DNA from: Octopus sinensis
Lineage: Eukaryota
Length of the DNA: 64,000 nucleotides
NCBI RefSeq assembly: GCF_006345805.1
Contig: NC_043004.1
Location: 77,376,001-77,440,000, forward strand
Direction of reading: 5' to 3'
The stretch's first letter is position 1. The number at the start of each line of letters is the position of its first letter. The translations under genes were made by a program, and so were the position numbers. The notes below the pieces were generated by a model. It searched no databases and had not been told where the DNA came from. It worked only from the letters and a program-made list of their open reading frames with translations. Positions 25,809 through 38,405 of the stretch are shown piece by piece.

Positions 25809-27721
25809 CTATAATGAATCTAGCAAAAGAACTGGAAAAAAATCCGAGCTATCACCCACCGCCATCCACCACTATTACCCCACTACACATGCCATTAAAA
25901 AGCAATCAAATAAACAAATCACCAAAACAATTAAAACCATCCACTCTCGCCTCAACATTTCAGCTTAATGCCCAAGGCATCAGCCCTTCCACCAATACAC
26001 AAAAATGGAAGATAAGATTCCTGGAGGACTGGGTCGAGGCCCATCCAAACCACATCCCTTTCTTCGTCCTCACTGAAACCCATCTTAGTGACCTCCACTT
26101 GGAAGCCGAGGTGAAAGTTAAAAATTTCAAAACCATTCGTGCCGATCGTGCTGGCAGAAGAAAAGGTGGGACTGCCATTTATGTCCATGATTCATTCTCA
26201 ACAGAAGCCATGAACATATTTTCGAATGGATACTGCGAAGCAGTCGCTGTATTCAGTCAAACCAACAACTTAACAGTAGTTGGGCTCTACAGACCACCCC
26301 AAACGCCCCTACCATGCTTCAAGGAATGCCTCAACAGCATAAAGTGTTTCATTCAGCAGTGTCAACCTGACAACATTTTAATGATGGGAGATTTCAACCT
26401 TCCCGGGGTTGACTGGTCTACAAACAGTCTGCCGCCAGGTTCTTCTCTCTCAACCCCTGACAGGGAGGCAGTGGAATCGCTTCTTGACTTCATGGATGAC
26501 TTCTTCTTGTCCCAACTGGTACTCGAACCAACGAGATGTCACAAAAACGTCTTAGACTTAATTTTCAGCAATCACACTGATACTATCCACAATATTGCAG
26601 TGGAGAAAACCCTACTCTCCGACCTTGACATGGTTCTCTGTGATCTGAGATTTCACTGGCCAAAATGCAAAACAAATGTCATCCCTCCTGTTCATCCATT
26701 TGACACTATGGATTTCCACAATGCAAACTGGGAAGCGATCAATAATGATCTTGCACAAGTCGATTGGTCCTTCACGCACACATACACACCCACTAACATC
26801 AAAAAGTCCTGGCAGACACTTGTAGACACCATCACGAACATATGTGCAAGACACACCCCATTAAGATCTGCAAACAAATCTAAGTGTCGAATCCCTAGAA
26901 ATAGAAAATCTCTCATAAGGAAAATTAAAAGAATCAACAAAAAGATCAACATGCTGAAATACTGTCAACAGCAACACACCAACCTGACTGCCATCTCGTC
27001 GCTAGAGATTAAAAAACATAAACTCCAAAACAACATGATGTCTATCATCAATAGTCAGCGAAGAGCTGAAGAGGCCTGGGCCATTGAGAAGATCAAACTC
27101 AATCCCAAAGTGTTCTTTTCATTTGCAAAAAAACACAGAGTCACTGGTTCTACTGTTGGCCCTCTGATTGATGAAAATGGTACTCTTCAAGACAATGCCA
27201 AAACCATGGGAGAAATATTGCAGAAACAATATTGCTCTGTTTTCAGCAATCCTGATATGACTGATCTGGGCTGTATCAGTGATGTTACTCCCCAATACAC
27301 TTTATCGGACATAACATTTGGCGCTCCTGATGTCTTAGCAGCAATAAAGGAAATGAAGCATAATTCAGCAGTAGGTCCCGATAGGTTCCCTGCTTGTGTC
27401 TTGAAGATGTGTCAAAACCAACTTGCACCCCCTCTAGCCAATCTGTGGCGGAACTCATTGGATGCTGGATATATACCAGAAGACCTTCTATCCCAGTCTG
27501 TTGTCCCAGTTTTCAAAAAAGGAAACAAATCGCTTGCCGTGAATTACCGTCCAATCTCACTCACCTCTCATATCATCAAGGTATTTGAGAGGGTGCTGAG
27601 ATCGCGTATGACTCACTTCCTTGAGAGTCATAATATGCTGAACCCCAACCAGCATGGTTTCCGTATTGGGAGAGATTGCCTGACGCAGCTACTGCATCAT
27701 TTTTGCCCGACCCCACCTTGA
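25358..27721 (+). CDS. Stop-free frame encoding two CCCH zinc fingers, APE endonuclease and N-terminal RT (truncated by deletion)
   Basis: Frame is open from after TAA at 25355-25357. Fingers CRYSLRHRLCTDRDCKFTH (25481-25537) and CRYSQRDRLCLHRDCPFTH (25640-25696); APE motifs LTETH, RADR, GGTAIY, MGDFN, LDLIF; RT motifs KKGNK, NYRPISLTS, NQHGFR. Confidence 0.9.
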   Translation, partial: CYLKEFTSYRSQRSPKLQQTIIYTFHSSHTRTYTPTRNPIICRYSLRHRLCTDRDCKFTHLPGTKRSIPTNYNSNHHNTTSPQPPISQTRNPQICRYSQRDRLCLHRDCPFTHLPGTRRTFKDNHSHKNSRGHSHLRFPRQETTSSSSFLAIMNLAKELEKNPSYHPPPSTTITPLHMPLKSNQINKSPKQLKPSTLASTFQLNAQGISPSTNTQKWKIRFLEDWVEAHPNHIPFFVLTETHLSDLHLEAEVKVKNFKTIRADRAGRRKGGTAIYVHDSFSTEAMNIFSNGYCEAVAVFSQTNNLTVVGLYRPPQTPLPCFKECLNSIKCFIQQCQPDNILMMGDFNLPGVDWSTNSLPPGSSLSTPDREAVESLLDFMDDFFLSQLVLEPTRCHKNVLDLIFSNHTDTIHNIAVEKTLLSDLDMVLCDLRFHWPKCKTNVIPPVHPFDTMDFHNANWEAINNDLAQVDWSFTHTYTPTNIKKSWQTLVDTITNICARHTPLRSANKSKCRIPRNRKSLIRKIKRINKKINMLKYCQQQHTNLTAISSLEIKKHKLQNNMMSIINSQRRAEEAWAIEKIKLNPKVFFSFAKKHRVTGSTVGPLIDENGTLQDNAKTMGEILQKQYCSVFSNPDMTDLGCISDVTPQYTLSDITFGAPDVLAAIKEMKHNSAVGPDRFPACVLKMCQNQLAPPLANLWRNSLDAGYIPEDLLSQSVVPVFKKGNKSLAVNYRPISLTSHIIKVFERVLRSRMTHFLESHNMLNPNQHGFRIGRDCLTQLLHHFCPTPP

Positions 27722-28042
27722 ATACTGCTGTCCACTGTGGTCTCCCTACACAAAACAAAATATTATGAGAATTGAAGCTCCCCAAAGGTCAATCACAAAA
27801 AAGATAGATGGCATGTCAGACCTTGAATTTTGTGTGGTCAGTTTCTTTTTTGACGTGTCCTGGTGTAATGTTGAAGAGAGCGGGTCCAATTGAGGTGAAA
27901 TAGTTGTGCCGTATTGTCGTTATGTGATGCGATTTAGATTTTTGTTGTGGACGGATGGCACGTGGTCCAAGCCTTGGATGCATTTTGAAGGTGATGCCAA
28001 CATCATTCGGACAGTGCTGATGGAATATTTTCCACATCATAC

Positions 28043-28080
<38 letters not shown>

Positions 28081-28091
28081 ATATATATGCA

Positions 28092-28139
<48 letters not shown>

Positions 28140-29308
28140 ATATATATAATATATATATACATATGAGAGAGAATCCACTAAAGGGGTTTTTGACTGCTAT
28201 TTCTAAATTTTCGGTATGTGGCTAAGCAACCTGTTGAAGTACTCGTATATGATAGAGATGCAGCCTTTTTTCATAACTGATCTTTCTCTCCTGTTTTCTC
28301 AACTTTGCGCTGACATTTGGCATACAAAAATATGAGCTCATTTAGTGATGGGAAAGAGTGACAGAATGCAATTTAACTTACCTAGTGACAGTCAAATTAG
28401 GTTGTAGAATCCTGTCAGGTGAGAGATATGTAATATGGTGGTTTTTGTGAGGTCTACGTTCTCCCACTAAAAAAATGAAAATTTATCCCCAGTAAAGAAA
28501 AGGGATTGATTCGATATTTACGCCCATGGAGCAATGAAAATCCAACACACTTGGGCTCTCGATACCCTAACCCACCTCTCATCCCAACACTTACGTCTTC
28601 TAAAAAGCTTGATCAATAAAACTTTTTTCTTCAAAATTTACCAAATTTAATTTATCTTCTTCAAACATCAAATAACATTGGCTATGATCTCAATTAGTCA
28701 TGTACAAGAAAGGATGCTATGAAAGAACCTTCCAAATTTAACCAGATTACGAAGATGCCGCTCAAGTGCACCCTAATCTATTTTTAATCATCTCCCTATT
28801 TTTTTTTAAACTGAAACTCAACCAAAAGATCTATTATTTGAATTAAAATTCCAACTTCAGCTGCAATATTTTTATACTTCCACTTCTTGCTCTGCTTTTC
28901 CAGGTTCAATAAAAAATTAACTGCGCCCGCATTTTCCTGCTTGCGTATAAATGGATATGCAATGCGTACACACACATACACAGATATATATGTATATATG
29001 TATATATGATTTACAGTGTGTGTGTATACATGTAAACATATATGTATATCTACGTACGCATACGTATTTATTTGAATGTTTATTTGCGCGCACATAAGAG
29101 TTTGTGCGTGTGTGTGTGAATGCCAAGTTAGAATTGAAAGCTTAGACTTGAAGCAAATATTTTACATGTGTATGAATGTATGTATGTATGTATGTATGTA
29201 TGTAGGGGTTGAAGACAAGCAGTTCAACCGAAATAGAAATATATGTTAAATAATTTGAAAATAACATAACTGAGCCATTCATTCGCATCAGAATTTTAAT
29301 AATAATTA

Positions 29309-30661
29309 TTAACAAGAATGCTGCAAATTTTCTGATGAAACACTTGCAAAAGGTTCGCGTTTGACTATCAAATCACAATAGTTTCCTGCGTAATAATACA
29401 CATGCATCGTTCGTGACGATCGATTCTGACCTGGTGGATCATAAGCTTTCCAGAAATATTCATCATTCGATACACGAACGAGAGCTTCAACTTTTGTCAT
29501 AAACATCACTGAAAATGCAAGAATTTGTTTATCTTCGCGTGTTGAGTGGCCGAGTAATTTAGATCTACAATTTGGGTCCTTGTCATCACATTTGAAATTG
29601 TAATCTAAACGCATAGAAAAAATATCAATTATCTGTCGTAGTTTATCATGAAAGTTGATATTTCCGAACAGAAAGATGCTGGCACACATGAAGAAGTCGG
29701 TGTTATCGCCACTGTTAAAACCGACATTGATTTCGGCACCTTGTTCCTGGCCTTTTTTCTTTGCAGTTCGAGGTGACGTATTCTCATCGCTATGGACAAA
29801 TGCATCACAATTCATATTTTCCACCCGGTTAACTTCAACAAAGTCAATATTTTGAATGTAATAGCGAAACTTATGGTGAGTTTCTAACCTCATGTTATGT
29901 TTGATCCAGTTTTCCACAGTTAACCTTTTATTTGATCCCAACATATGTCTATTGGAAGTATTTGAAGCATTATTAGCATTTGTTCCATCAGTTTTATCCA
30001 AATTCAGCAAAACATCTTGGCAATTCTTCGTATTTGATATATGAGGTGAATCAATTCCAGAACTAGATTCGTCAGTTCTTCTTTCGTTCTCCGTCTTGTC
30101 ATTTCCCAAACTCCCCTTTACAGGCTTCTCTTTTTCTCTTCCTGAATCGCATTCTAATGTTAAATTTGACATAGAGATGTTACCATTTTCCATGATTTCT
30201 TTTCCCCCCTTTATGCAAATACTTTCTTTTAGCAAAGTATTTTTAGCAGCTTCTTCACTTTCTATAACATTATTGATGCCTAGTTCGTTTTCTTTTTGAT
30301 TTAGATTATCATCCTCTGATGTATCTTTCACAGGAAATACACTTTTCCCTCCTTTTATCTCAACAATTCTTTGCGAATTCGAAGCAAACGGAACGCAACG
30401 ATACTTTCTACTGTCATGCTTAACATTTTCTTTTGGTAAGTTTTCTCTTCTTTTCCCTCCTTCAGTCTGCATTGAGTGACTTCCTGGTCTTTGAGTTCTT
30501 GTGGTTGAATAAAACGTTTCACAACCCACAAGCCATGATTTTCCTTTCCGATATTTTTTAGTAACAATTTCTGTAAAACGCTCCTCCATATACACTGAAG
30601 AACCACCATCGTCAGACCAATAATTTGAATTTTCGTCCATTTTTTCGTTATCATCAGCCAT
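29309..30661 (-). CDS. Single-exon 450-aa protein, low-complexity N-terminal region and C-terminal OTU-like domain lacking catalytic Cys and His
   Basis: Intact ORF, probable start MADDNEK at 30661. GDNTDFFMCASIFLFGNINFHDKLRQ aligns to the OTU motif GDGNCLFRAxSxxLxGxxxxHxxLR (Cys position = Asp); YYYAGNYCDLI aligns to YHxGNHYD (His position = Tyr). Alignment done by eye. Confidence 0.7.
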   Translation of the reverse strand: MADDNEKMDENSNYWSDDGGSSVYMEERFTEIVTKKYRKGKSWLVGCETFYSTTRTQRPGSHSMQTEGGKRRENLPKENVKHDSRKYRCVPFASNSQRIVEIKGGKSVFPVKDTSEDDNLNQKENELGINNVIESEEAAKNTLLKESICIKGGKEIMENGNISMSNLTLECDSGREKEKPVKGSLGNDKTENERRTDESSSGIDSPHISNTKNCQDVLLNLDKTDGTNANNASNTSNRHMLGSNKRLTVENWIKHNMRLETHHKFRYYIQNIDFVEVNRVENMNCDAFVHSDENTSPRTAKKKGQEQGAEINVGFNSGDNTDFFMCASIFLFGNINFHDKLRQIIDIFSMRLDYNFKCDDKDPNCRSKLLGHSTREDKQILAFSVMFMTKVEALVRVSNDEYFWKAYDPPGQNRSSRTMHVYYYAGNYCDLIVKREPFASVSSENLQHSC

Positions 30662-31134
30662 ATTTAAGAAGACTATGTACAAATATACATTTACAGACGA
30701 AAAGCCAACCGAAATGAACGTCTGTTGGAAACGATGGAGTCCTCCCCGTGTGTTGAGAGAGAAGCCCTCACCTGTGTTGGGACAATGATAGTTCAATCCC
30801 AAATGTTTCCCACTAGACACAGCAGACTAGTTTCAAAACGATTCCATAAACAACACAGGTCTTTAAGCAAAACTGAAGCTAAAAGTACTCAGTTAAAGGA
30901 ATTTTCAACGTTAATTTTATCGATTTATTGCAAGAGAATAAAGTCATATGATTAAATACGTTTTCAAAAGTTGTGTTACGTTTTGCGTACGTCATAAATA
31001 AAATGCTTCAAAACATGAGTTTAAAACGTAGTAATAATAATCATAGCTACTATTCAAATTTTTGGAGTGTTTGCTAATTATATCAACTTCAGTACTTGAC
31101 TAGTATTTTATTTTATCGACCCAGAAAGCAATCG

Positions 31135-32330
31135 TTCTTTGTCTACCGTATTTCAGTGAAAGTACTTCGCGATTTCTGCTGAGTCGCGACAGGTCGTCGA
31201 GCTAGGAACTAAAGTCAGCCAACTTTTCCGACCCGTCGCTTTCCCGAATATCTGCTCGGAACCGAGTAGCACGTGCCCATTCCGATCTGTCAAAGACTTC
31301 TTTGTAGCTTTTCGTTGCCACATCATGCCTCCACCGCTCGGACCCATCGGACGGCTTTTATCCTTTCATATTTAAATGTAAATGCCTTAGATCTGACAAC
31401 AGACCCTTCGTGTTCGTGTATGAAAACATGGTCAAGTGTTGCTTCCGCAGCCAGTACATCGGTCGTGATATCTTTACTAGTTGCCTCCTCCAAACGTATT
31501 CCGCTCTATTGAGAGCCCTTTACTAAACGCCATCGATTCTGATAGAATCACTTTCTTTAGGGCGACCCGGTCATTGACGATTGCTCACGTCAACCATCTT
31601 TAAACTAATTCACTAATCTACTCTCTGTAGTCCTTGCATGCCGGTATGGACATGTCCAACTTCCAGACATTAGGTTCCTGTCTATGGTTACTAAGTCGGC
31701 TGAGCAGATCACACATTTGTAATCTGTGTAGCCGACCAGTTGAACTATGGGCATCTTACACTACCCTCTATCCACTGGCCTAAAAAATACTTTATCTAGA
31801 TCCGATCTTGTTGTTCCGCTGTAGTTACTCCATGTCCACACTAGCATATCAGGGAAGTCCAGTCAATACCTGTCAAACACTTGGAAACTTTTGAACAGGT
31901 TCTCTAGGCCTTTGCTTCTCTTTCTCCGTATACGCTAGCTTCATCCAGTCCTTCATTGAGTCTAAAATACAATTCCAATCCCTTACTAAAGGTAGTAATC
32001 TGAACGCCTCAAGAAAAACTTCAAGACGTCTGAAGAAATCATACCATCCTGCCCCCAACAGGGGTCGGACGGTCACAAGTTTTGAGGCACTCGCATTGTT
32101 GCCATTTACATCCATGACCACCAACGTACCAACCGGGTCCAGGAAGATTACCCGTACTTTGATACATGAGGATTTCCAGTATAACACGGCCACCTTGCTG
32201 TCTGATCTGAATAGACCACGAGATGTATGGAGGTGTCCTTAGCGGTTCGGGTGGTAGTTTGCGGGAGTTGTGGAATTGAAAAAGAGTCTACCACTTGATA
32301 GGGGTGCGGGATTTTTTTTTTTACCAAGTA
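31135..32330 (-). pseudogene. Degenerate L1/Tx1-group LINE ORF2 fragment (APE endonuclease region)
   Basis: GTLVVMDV...YDFFRRLEVFL...DWNCILD and downstream LDRV...VGYTDYK...WKLD segments match the L1/Tx1 APE pattern; stops and frameshifts present. Confidence 0.7.
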
Positions 32331-32570
32331 TGTTATGTTGTGTTCATTGTCTCAACTGCTTCAGTGCATATATAAGTAAATCCCTTTTGGGACATAGCGT
32401 GACTGTTAATTAAGACGTGCGGTGAATGAGGTGGAACGTACCTAAGAGTATGATATTAGCTAATGGCGGAGCCCCGGCCAATCAGCTGATTTAAAGAACC
32501 ATTGGGTCCAGGATGAAGAGGCATCATTGTGCATTTGTGGAAGTTTGGTAGCTAGTCGCATAAAGCAATA

Positions 32571-32871
32571 TGTTGTTTGTTCCTTCTCGAGCCAGGTTCA
32601 TAAGGGCCGGTTTCCCGGTTTCCTTGGCGTATAGGTTTCCCACCTGGACGGGACACAGGTCCGTCGCAGGTGAGCTGCTAGATGCAGGAGGAAAGAGTGA
32701 GAGAATGTTGTGGCGAAAGAGTCAGCAGAAGTTCGGTATTATCTTCTGCCGGAGCCGCGTGGAACTTAGGTGTTTTTGCTCATAAACACACACATCGCCC
32801 GGTCTGAGATTCGAACCCGCGATCCCTCGACCGCGAGTCCGTTGCTCTAACCACTAGGCCATGTGCCTCCA
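32571..32871 (-). mobile_element. SINE family D (family C head, V-domain-like body)
   Basis: Head tggaggcacatggcctagtggttagagc with B box gggttcgaatct; cacctgcgacggacctgtgtcccgtccaggtg resembles V-SINE domains (recalled); TSD cataaagcaa at 32559 and 32872. Confidence 0.8.
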
Positions 32872-33345
32872 CATAAAGCAAAGCAATATACGAGTGATCC
32901 GATAGGTACAGAGACAGTGATGATTTCATCGCGGTAAGTTTGAAAGTTAGAAAATGATGGTGTTCAGAGTGTCTGTAATAGTCAAGGATGCGTATAGAAG
33001 AAACTAACTGATGTAAATAATTGAAAGCTGTGAAATATTCGGTTTCTGCATCAGCGGTGTCGGTGAATGCCATGAAAAGATGTTAGCAATGAAGTCATAA
33101 GAAATGATGGCTTCACAAAGAATTATGAAGGTGAATGGAATATGTGAACTTAGTACAGATAATTTGACATTATTTTTGAATTGTGCATGCAAAAACTCAT
33201 GATAGAGGTATTCTTTTTCTTGGGACAAATTGTGGACCAGTGTTATTCTTATCGTAGTTCACAAATCCAAACACGAAAACGGTATTCAACTTTGAAGTTT
33301 TGGAGACAGACGTCCCCTTTTCACACATACACATTCACACATACA

Positions 33346-33394
<49 letters not shown>

Positions 33395-33837
33395 ACACAC
33401 ACACACACACACACACGCTCACACAGGCACACACATACACACACGCACGCACGCACATGCACTTATGTATTAATGATGTAAATAAATATATGACAAGTAT
33501 ACATATTACTGAAATACGCATAAAGTAAACAAATGCAGACAAGTATATTAATATAACAAATTTTTTAAAATAATAAAAACCTACAATCAATGAAGAGACA
33601 AAAGAAACGGTAAGATGATACATGTTGATTTTATTTGGCATTTCTGTTTACTTAGAAACCTACAATGAACAGGTCATTTCACAGACGCTAAACCATAAAT
33701 TTCACAGGGTACAGTCTTAAAGTTGACACCGCTCCGCTAAACGCAGAAAATTTCTGTCTCGCTATTGGCTAAAAATACACAATTTTTTTTTTTTTAAACC
33801 TCTGTAACTTTTTCCTCCAATTTTTTCAAGGATGCAC

Positions 33838-34089
33838 CTTTATCGCTCGGGGTCAAACATGCCGTTTAACTTCCGCAGATCGCAGTTCCTGGTGAGACCA
33901 TGCTTCGCCATGTCCATCAACAAATCCCAAGGCCGAACACTATCAGTGTCGGGCATCCATTTAGTGGAGCCGTGCTTTTCACATGGGCAACTTTATGTGG
34001 CCTGCTCCTGTGTAAGGAGTAAAAACGCTCTTTTTGTGTATGCTCCTCAGGGCAGAACTCGCAATGTTGTCTATAGCGAAGTTTTATAG
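33838..34089 (+). pseudogene. Helitron Pif1-family helicase C-terminal fragment
   Basis: FRRSQFLVRPCFAMSINKSQG...FSHGQLYVACS...NVVYSEVL, the typical Helitron helicase terminus. Confidence 0.85.
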
Positions 34090-34369
34090 ACGTAGAAAGA
34101 AGAACAAGTCATCATTACATCCTATGTAGTTATAAGCAGGTAATCCGGAAGCACTGGCCGGACATATTCTCAAACCATGGCAACATGACTCATGGACTCT
34201 TCCTCTTCTTTATTGGTCAATGCTGACTTCTCCGACAACAATGCTCACTCGGCCGATAGCAGCGCTTGGCCAAGTTGCTCATAGAGTTAGGCTAGAAGGG
34301 CCAGGCCCCTTATTTTTTGGTTAAGGCTGTTGGTAAGTTTTCCTAAGTTACTCCAATCCGGATCCCCAA

Positions 34370-34560
34370 TGCAAACCTTCGAATCAACTTTCTCCAATGC
34401 AGATCTCTAATGCAACTTTATCCAATTTAAATCTTTGAGTCACCCATTTTCACTGCAGATCTCCAGTGCCAACCTTCGATGCAACTTTCTCCAATTCAGA
34501 TCTTTGATGCAGATCTCCGAGACAACCTTCTCCAATGCATATCTTAGATGCAGCCTTGAC
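34370..34560. repeat. Diverged short-unit minisatellite
   Basis: Recurrent caactttctccaatg and cagatct blocks. Confidence 0.6.
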
Positions 34561-35055
34561 CGATAGTACCCCTAGGAGGGATTAGGGCTAGATCGAAATT
34601 AGTCGCTGCCTTTTAGAGGCTCCCGAACCCCCTTTCGCTAGGTTAGCTTAGGCTTAGGTTACGGCTTCGTTGTGATGTGAACATAACTTTTTCTGATACA
34701 GAGGATTGGGAGCCCTTTTGGGCGTTCTATTTTCCTTGCCGGAAGGGCTCCCAACCCGTGGGCCAAGGGTGGTTAGATGATAGGGGGATCGAAAGGGCCA
34801 GCATGTGCTACCTGATCACTTCTGCCGGTCAAACTCCCAACCCACGCATTCCCGTCGTGACACTGATTCTGCAGAACTGGATTGGATGTGAAAACAAACT
34901 TTAAAGTATAAATATAGATTTTTTGAATCAGCAATGTCTGAGTTTCCCAGCAACGGAGTGTTGTTTCATAGGGGTTTTCTTTTTTTGTCTTTTTTTCTTT
35001 TCCAGATTATTTCGCATGCTTTCAACGAATGTGACATCAAAATCACGCGTATTTC

Positions 35056-35666
35056 GGTACTTTTTGGTTATCTTACCCCCCCCCCCCCACCATTGAAAAA
35101 TTGCCATTAAAAACTGAGTTATCTCCCACTAAAAAGTTGAGTTTATGTGGAGCCACATAGAGATTGGATTAAAAAGGTTAGATCCTTTTGATTCAATACT
35201 TCAGCACATTGATTGATTGATTGATTGATTCTAGTTTCAGCTCATGCTGCGTTTGGCCTCCATGGTATGATTTTGTCATAAAAATATTATTAGATTTGTA
35301 GTGGCTTCATGCAGGCATGACGTGGGTTCGATCCTCGATCGCCAAGAAGGCATCTGGTAAATGTAACTACTGTTATTCACAGAAAATCCGTGAGAGAAGT
35401 GTTGTTGAACTGTTAAGTGAAATTTGGCGATCGAGGATCGAATCCACGCCATGTCTGCAATGAAGCCACTACGGATTCAATAAGATGTTTAATCTTTTCA
35501 GTTTTTCTTATTTTTTACGTTTTCGTGTTTATTAATTTTTTTCATTTTTTTTTCTTTGTTTTATTGAGGGTTAAACAATTTCTTTAATTGGGGGATATAT
35601 TTTTCATAAAACGGGGTATATTTTTCATAAAATGTTTTAATGGGGGTGAGATAACCAAAAAGTACC
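35056..35666. mobile_element. MITE with GGTAC-starting TIRs, inserted in the repeat shared with 5394-5655
   Basis: TIRs ggtactttttggttatct(t/c)acccc; internal inverted pair at about 35318-35365 and 35423-35471; the empty site is visible near 5465-5480. Confidence 0.8.
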
Positions 35667-36883
35667 AATAGCTCCTTTCCCCAGAAAAGGAAAGATTTGG
35701 CTGCTATTTCTTGCACACCCTGCTACCACGTAATAGATATTTCGGGTCCTTTATCGCAAATAGCTGCTACGTGGTAGCAGGGCGTGCTAGAAATAGCAGC
35801 CAAATCTTTCGAGCTGAGATACGTTGAATGCACTCGAAAAACGTTTTGTAACGGTATTCCCTTGGGGCGATCATTCATTCACTTAATCATTTAGTTTCGT
35901 TTTAACGTGAAAGAGAGGAGAAAATGAAAGATGTATGAACATGTATATGAAATGGACGTGTGTGTATGAGAGAGAGGAGGGAGAGAGAGTGCCACTTACA
36001 CATACATGAGAACACACACACGTTCATTCACTTACTCTTTCTCTCTCTCTCTCACACACGTACACACACACATATGCACACGTACATACATTGATGTATG
36101 TACGTATACATGACAACACACCCCTTCACCCACTCTTTCTATCTCTTTCTTTTTATCTTTCTCTCTCTTTCTTCCTCTCTCTCTTTCGCTCTCTCTCTCT
36201 CTCTCTCTCTATTTCTCTCTCTCTTTTACACACACACGTCTATTTCATATACACGCACATACATCTTTCACTTTCTCCTCTCTTTCACTTTAAAACAAAA
36301 GTAAATAAATAGAAATTTTTTACGGAAATTAACGAATTTCGGATGACAGTTCTGAAAGTCAAAACGAAAGATCGCCATTCATTTGAAAATAATTTTTAAA
36401 AAACAATTAAAATATTGTCTGTTTAAAGAAAGCTAAAATATAAATACTTACTGTACAAACAACTTAAATTTTTGAAATCACATTCAGTTAAAAAATATTT
36501 CTAAATGCTTGAAATATTGTGTACGTCAAAATGTCGACGTTTTTTTTTCTTAAAGATGCAAAGACTATGTGTGTGTATATGTCACAGATAGAGGACGTGT
36601 GCTTGTGTTGATTGACACTCCATGGCAATCATTATGTGTGTGTGTATTCTGTATGTGTGTTGACGTCACGGAAGCCATGTCTTTTTTTCGTCAAGAAATA
36701 ACAAAGAAAAATTGCGTTTAATCGTTTTCATTAATAAATAGACGTCCAAATATCACAAAAATTTGTATTGCACTGCCGAAGGTAAGTATGAAGATAAATA
36801 TGCAAAAAAAAATTAAGATAAAATATTATTTCTGAGATATTTCGGGTACACACACAAACATCTCTAGAGTTCTAGTATTATCA

Positions 36884-36954
<71 letters not shown>

Positions 36955-37985
36955 GTATGTATTACGTATGTATGTATGTATGTATGTATGTATGTATATA
37001 CTCAAGCGCGCCCACATACGGACACAACACACGCACACTATATTTTATATAACGACGCTCATATAACTGCTTTTAAATGATGCAATGCTTTTGTTTTTGA
37101 ATGAGTAATTTGATAAACACTTTCATACACATGATTTGGAGAGTGAGAGAAAAAAAACAGTGCAAACAAAAGGGAATAGAAAGGAAAATAGACAGAAAGA
37201 TAAGTGCCTTCAACAGTATTTTAAGCTTGTCCTCTATTTTCTGCATATTACTCGATGCAGCCAGCTTACATACGACAGGCTGGTTTCGTCGAAAGCTTTA
37301 ATATTAGCGCTAGGATGAAAAAATATCGAATAGATTATATCAAACCGTCATTTTTCAGGCATTTTCCGACTTAATTGCAAAACAATTTCTGGTAGACATT
37401 AGTTTTTGTGGCTTATCAAAAGTTTGTGGGAAACATTTTAAGCCAGAGGAATTAAGTGATAGCCACAAACGTATTCTGTGCAACAGTAATCAATGAGTAA
37501 TTCCTTGTTCTCTTCAGCATTTATTTTAACATCTAGCACAACACTGTAGCAAGATTGAAAGCAACGATTAAATTACTTATGTCTCCGAAGACTACTTTTT
37601 CTGGCAAAACTGCGATCAGCTATCGGTTAATCATAAATTAGTTTACCAGGCAGGAATCATATCTAGATGTTTGCTACAACATTCTGTCGGCAATAATTTT
37701 ACGTTCATAAAGAATGTTTGCACAGGTAAGATTAAATATGTTTTATTAGGAAATGATGTTTAATAAAAAGAATTTCGGCTTGTTTGTTGCGTTGTTGTTG
37801 TTGTTATGTTGTTATTATTGTTGTTATTATTGTTGTTGTTGCTGCTGCTGCTGCTGCTGCTGTTGTTTTGCTTTTTTTTTTTTTTTCATTTACTTTAGTT
37901 CGATGGTTTTCAACATATGAAACTACACGTAACCTGTTAAATTTCAGAGTAATAACTTCAGAATACAAACAGATGACTCTCTCTC

Positions 37986-38037
<52 letters not shown>

Positions 38038-38405
38038 TCCCACCCTCTCTCTCTCAAACTTTAAACCTATTTAATGGATCTCAATATTCCTCTGAAAATT
38101 CTTGATCGTTTCATACAATTTCCCCTTAGCAAAGATTACTTTAATAATCATTAATTTGAAATTGAATTAATAATGGACTCTTAAGAAAAAAATTGAATGC
38201 TTTCTCATTTGCTGGTAAACATGTAATTGTCTGAAACACGAGCTAAATTTTGTTTCTGAAATTAGGCACAAATATTTCTCTTCTACCCGTGTTCATTTAC
38301 TTGTCACCTCTTTTGAATTAACTCATATCGTTTCAGTAACTTAAAAGACAGAGATTAGCTATTATTTCATCTAATATCTAAATTCATTTAATATAAAAAA
38401 TTTGT

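Larger units (their letters stand above)
24240..28048 (+). mobile_element. CR1/L2-group LINE, near 5'-complete, with internal RT deletion and inverted 3' piece
   Basis: About 430-bp putative 5' UTR, ORF1-like region from 24678, APE endonuclease and RT start, then a jump to the C-terminal RPHLEYCCPLWSP at 27702 and an inverted C-terminal segment at 27821-28048. Confidence 0.9.

Noticed and set aside
34600-34870. Possible rDNA fragment (gtcaaactccc) and telomere-like ttaggcttagg
   Set aside because: The match is only about 11 nt with no extended rRNA similarity, and the telomere-like stretch is too short and degenerate.
36620-36675. TGACGTCA (CRE) next to CGGAAG (ETS-like) and a half X-box
   Set aside because: Short motifs expected by chance in 64 kb, with no nearby exon or start evidence.
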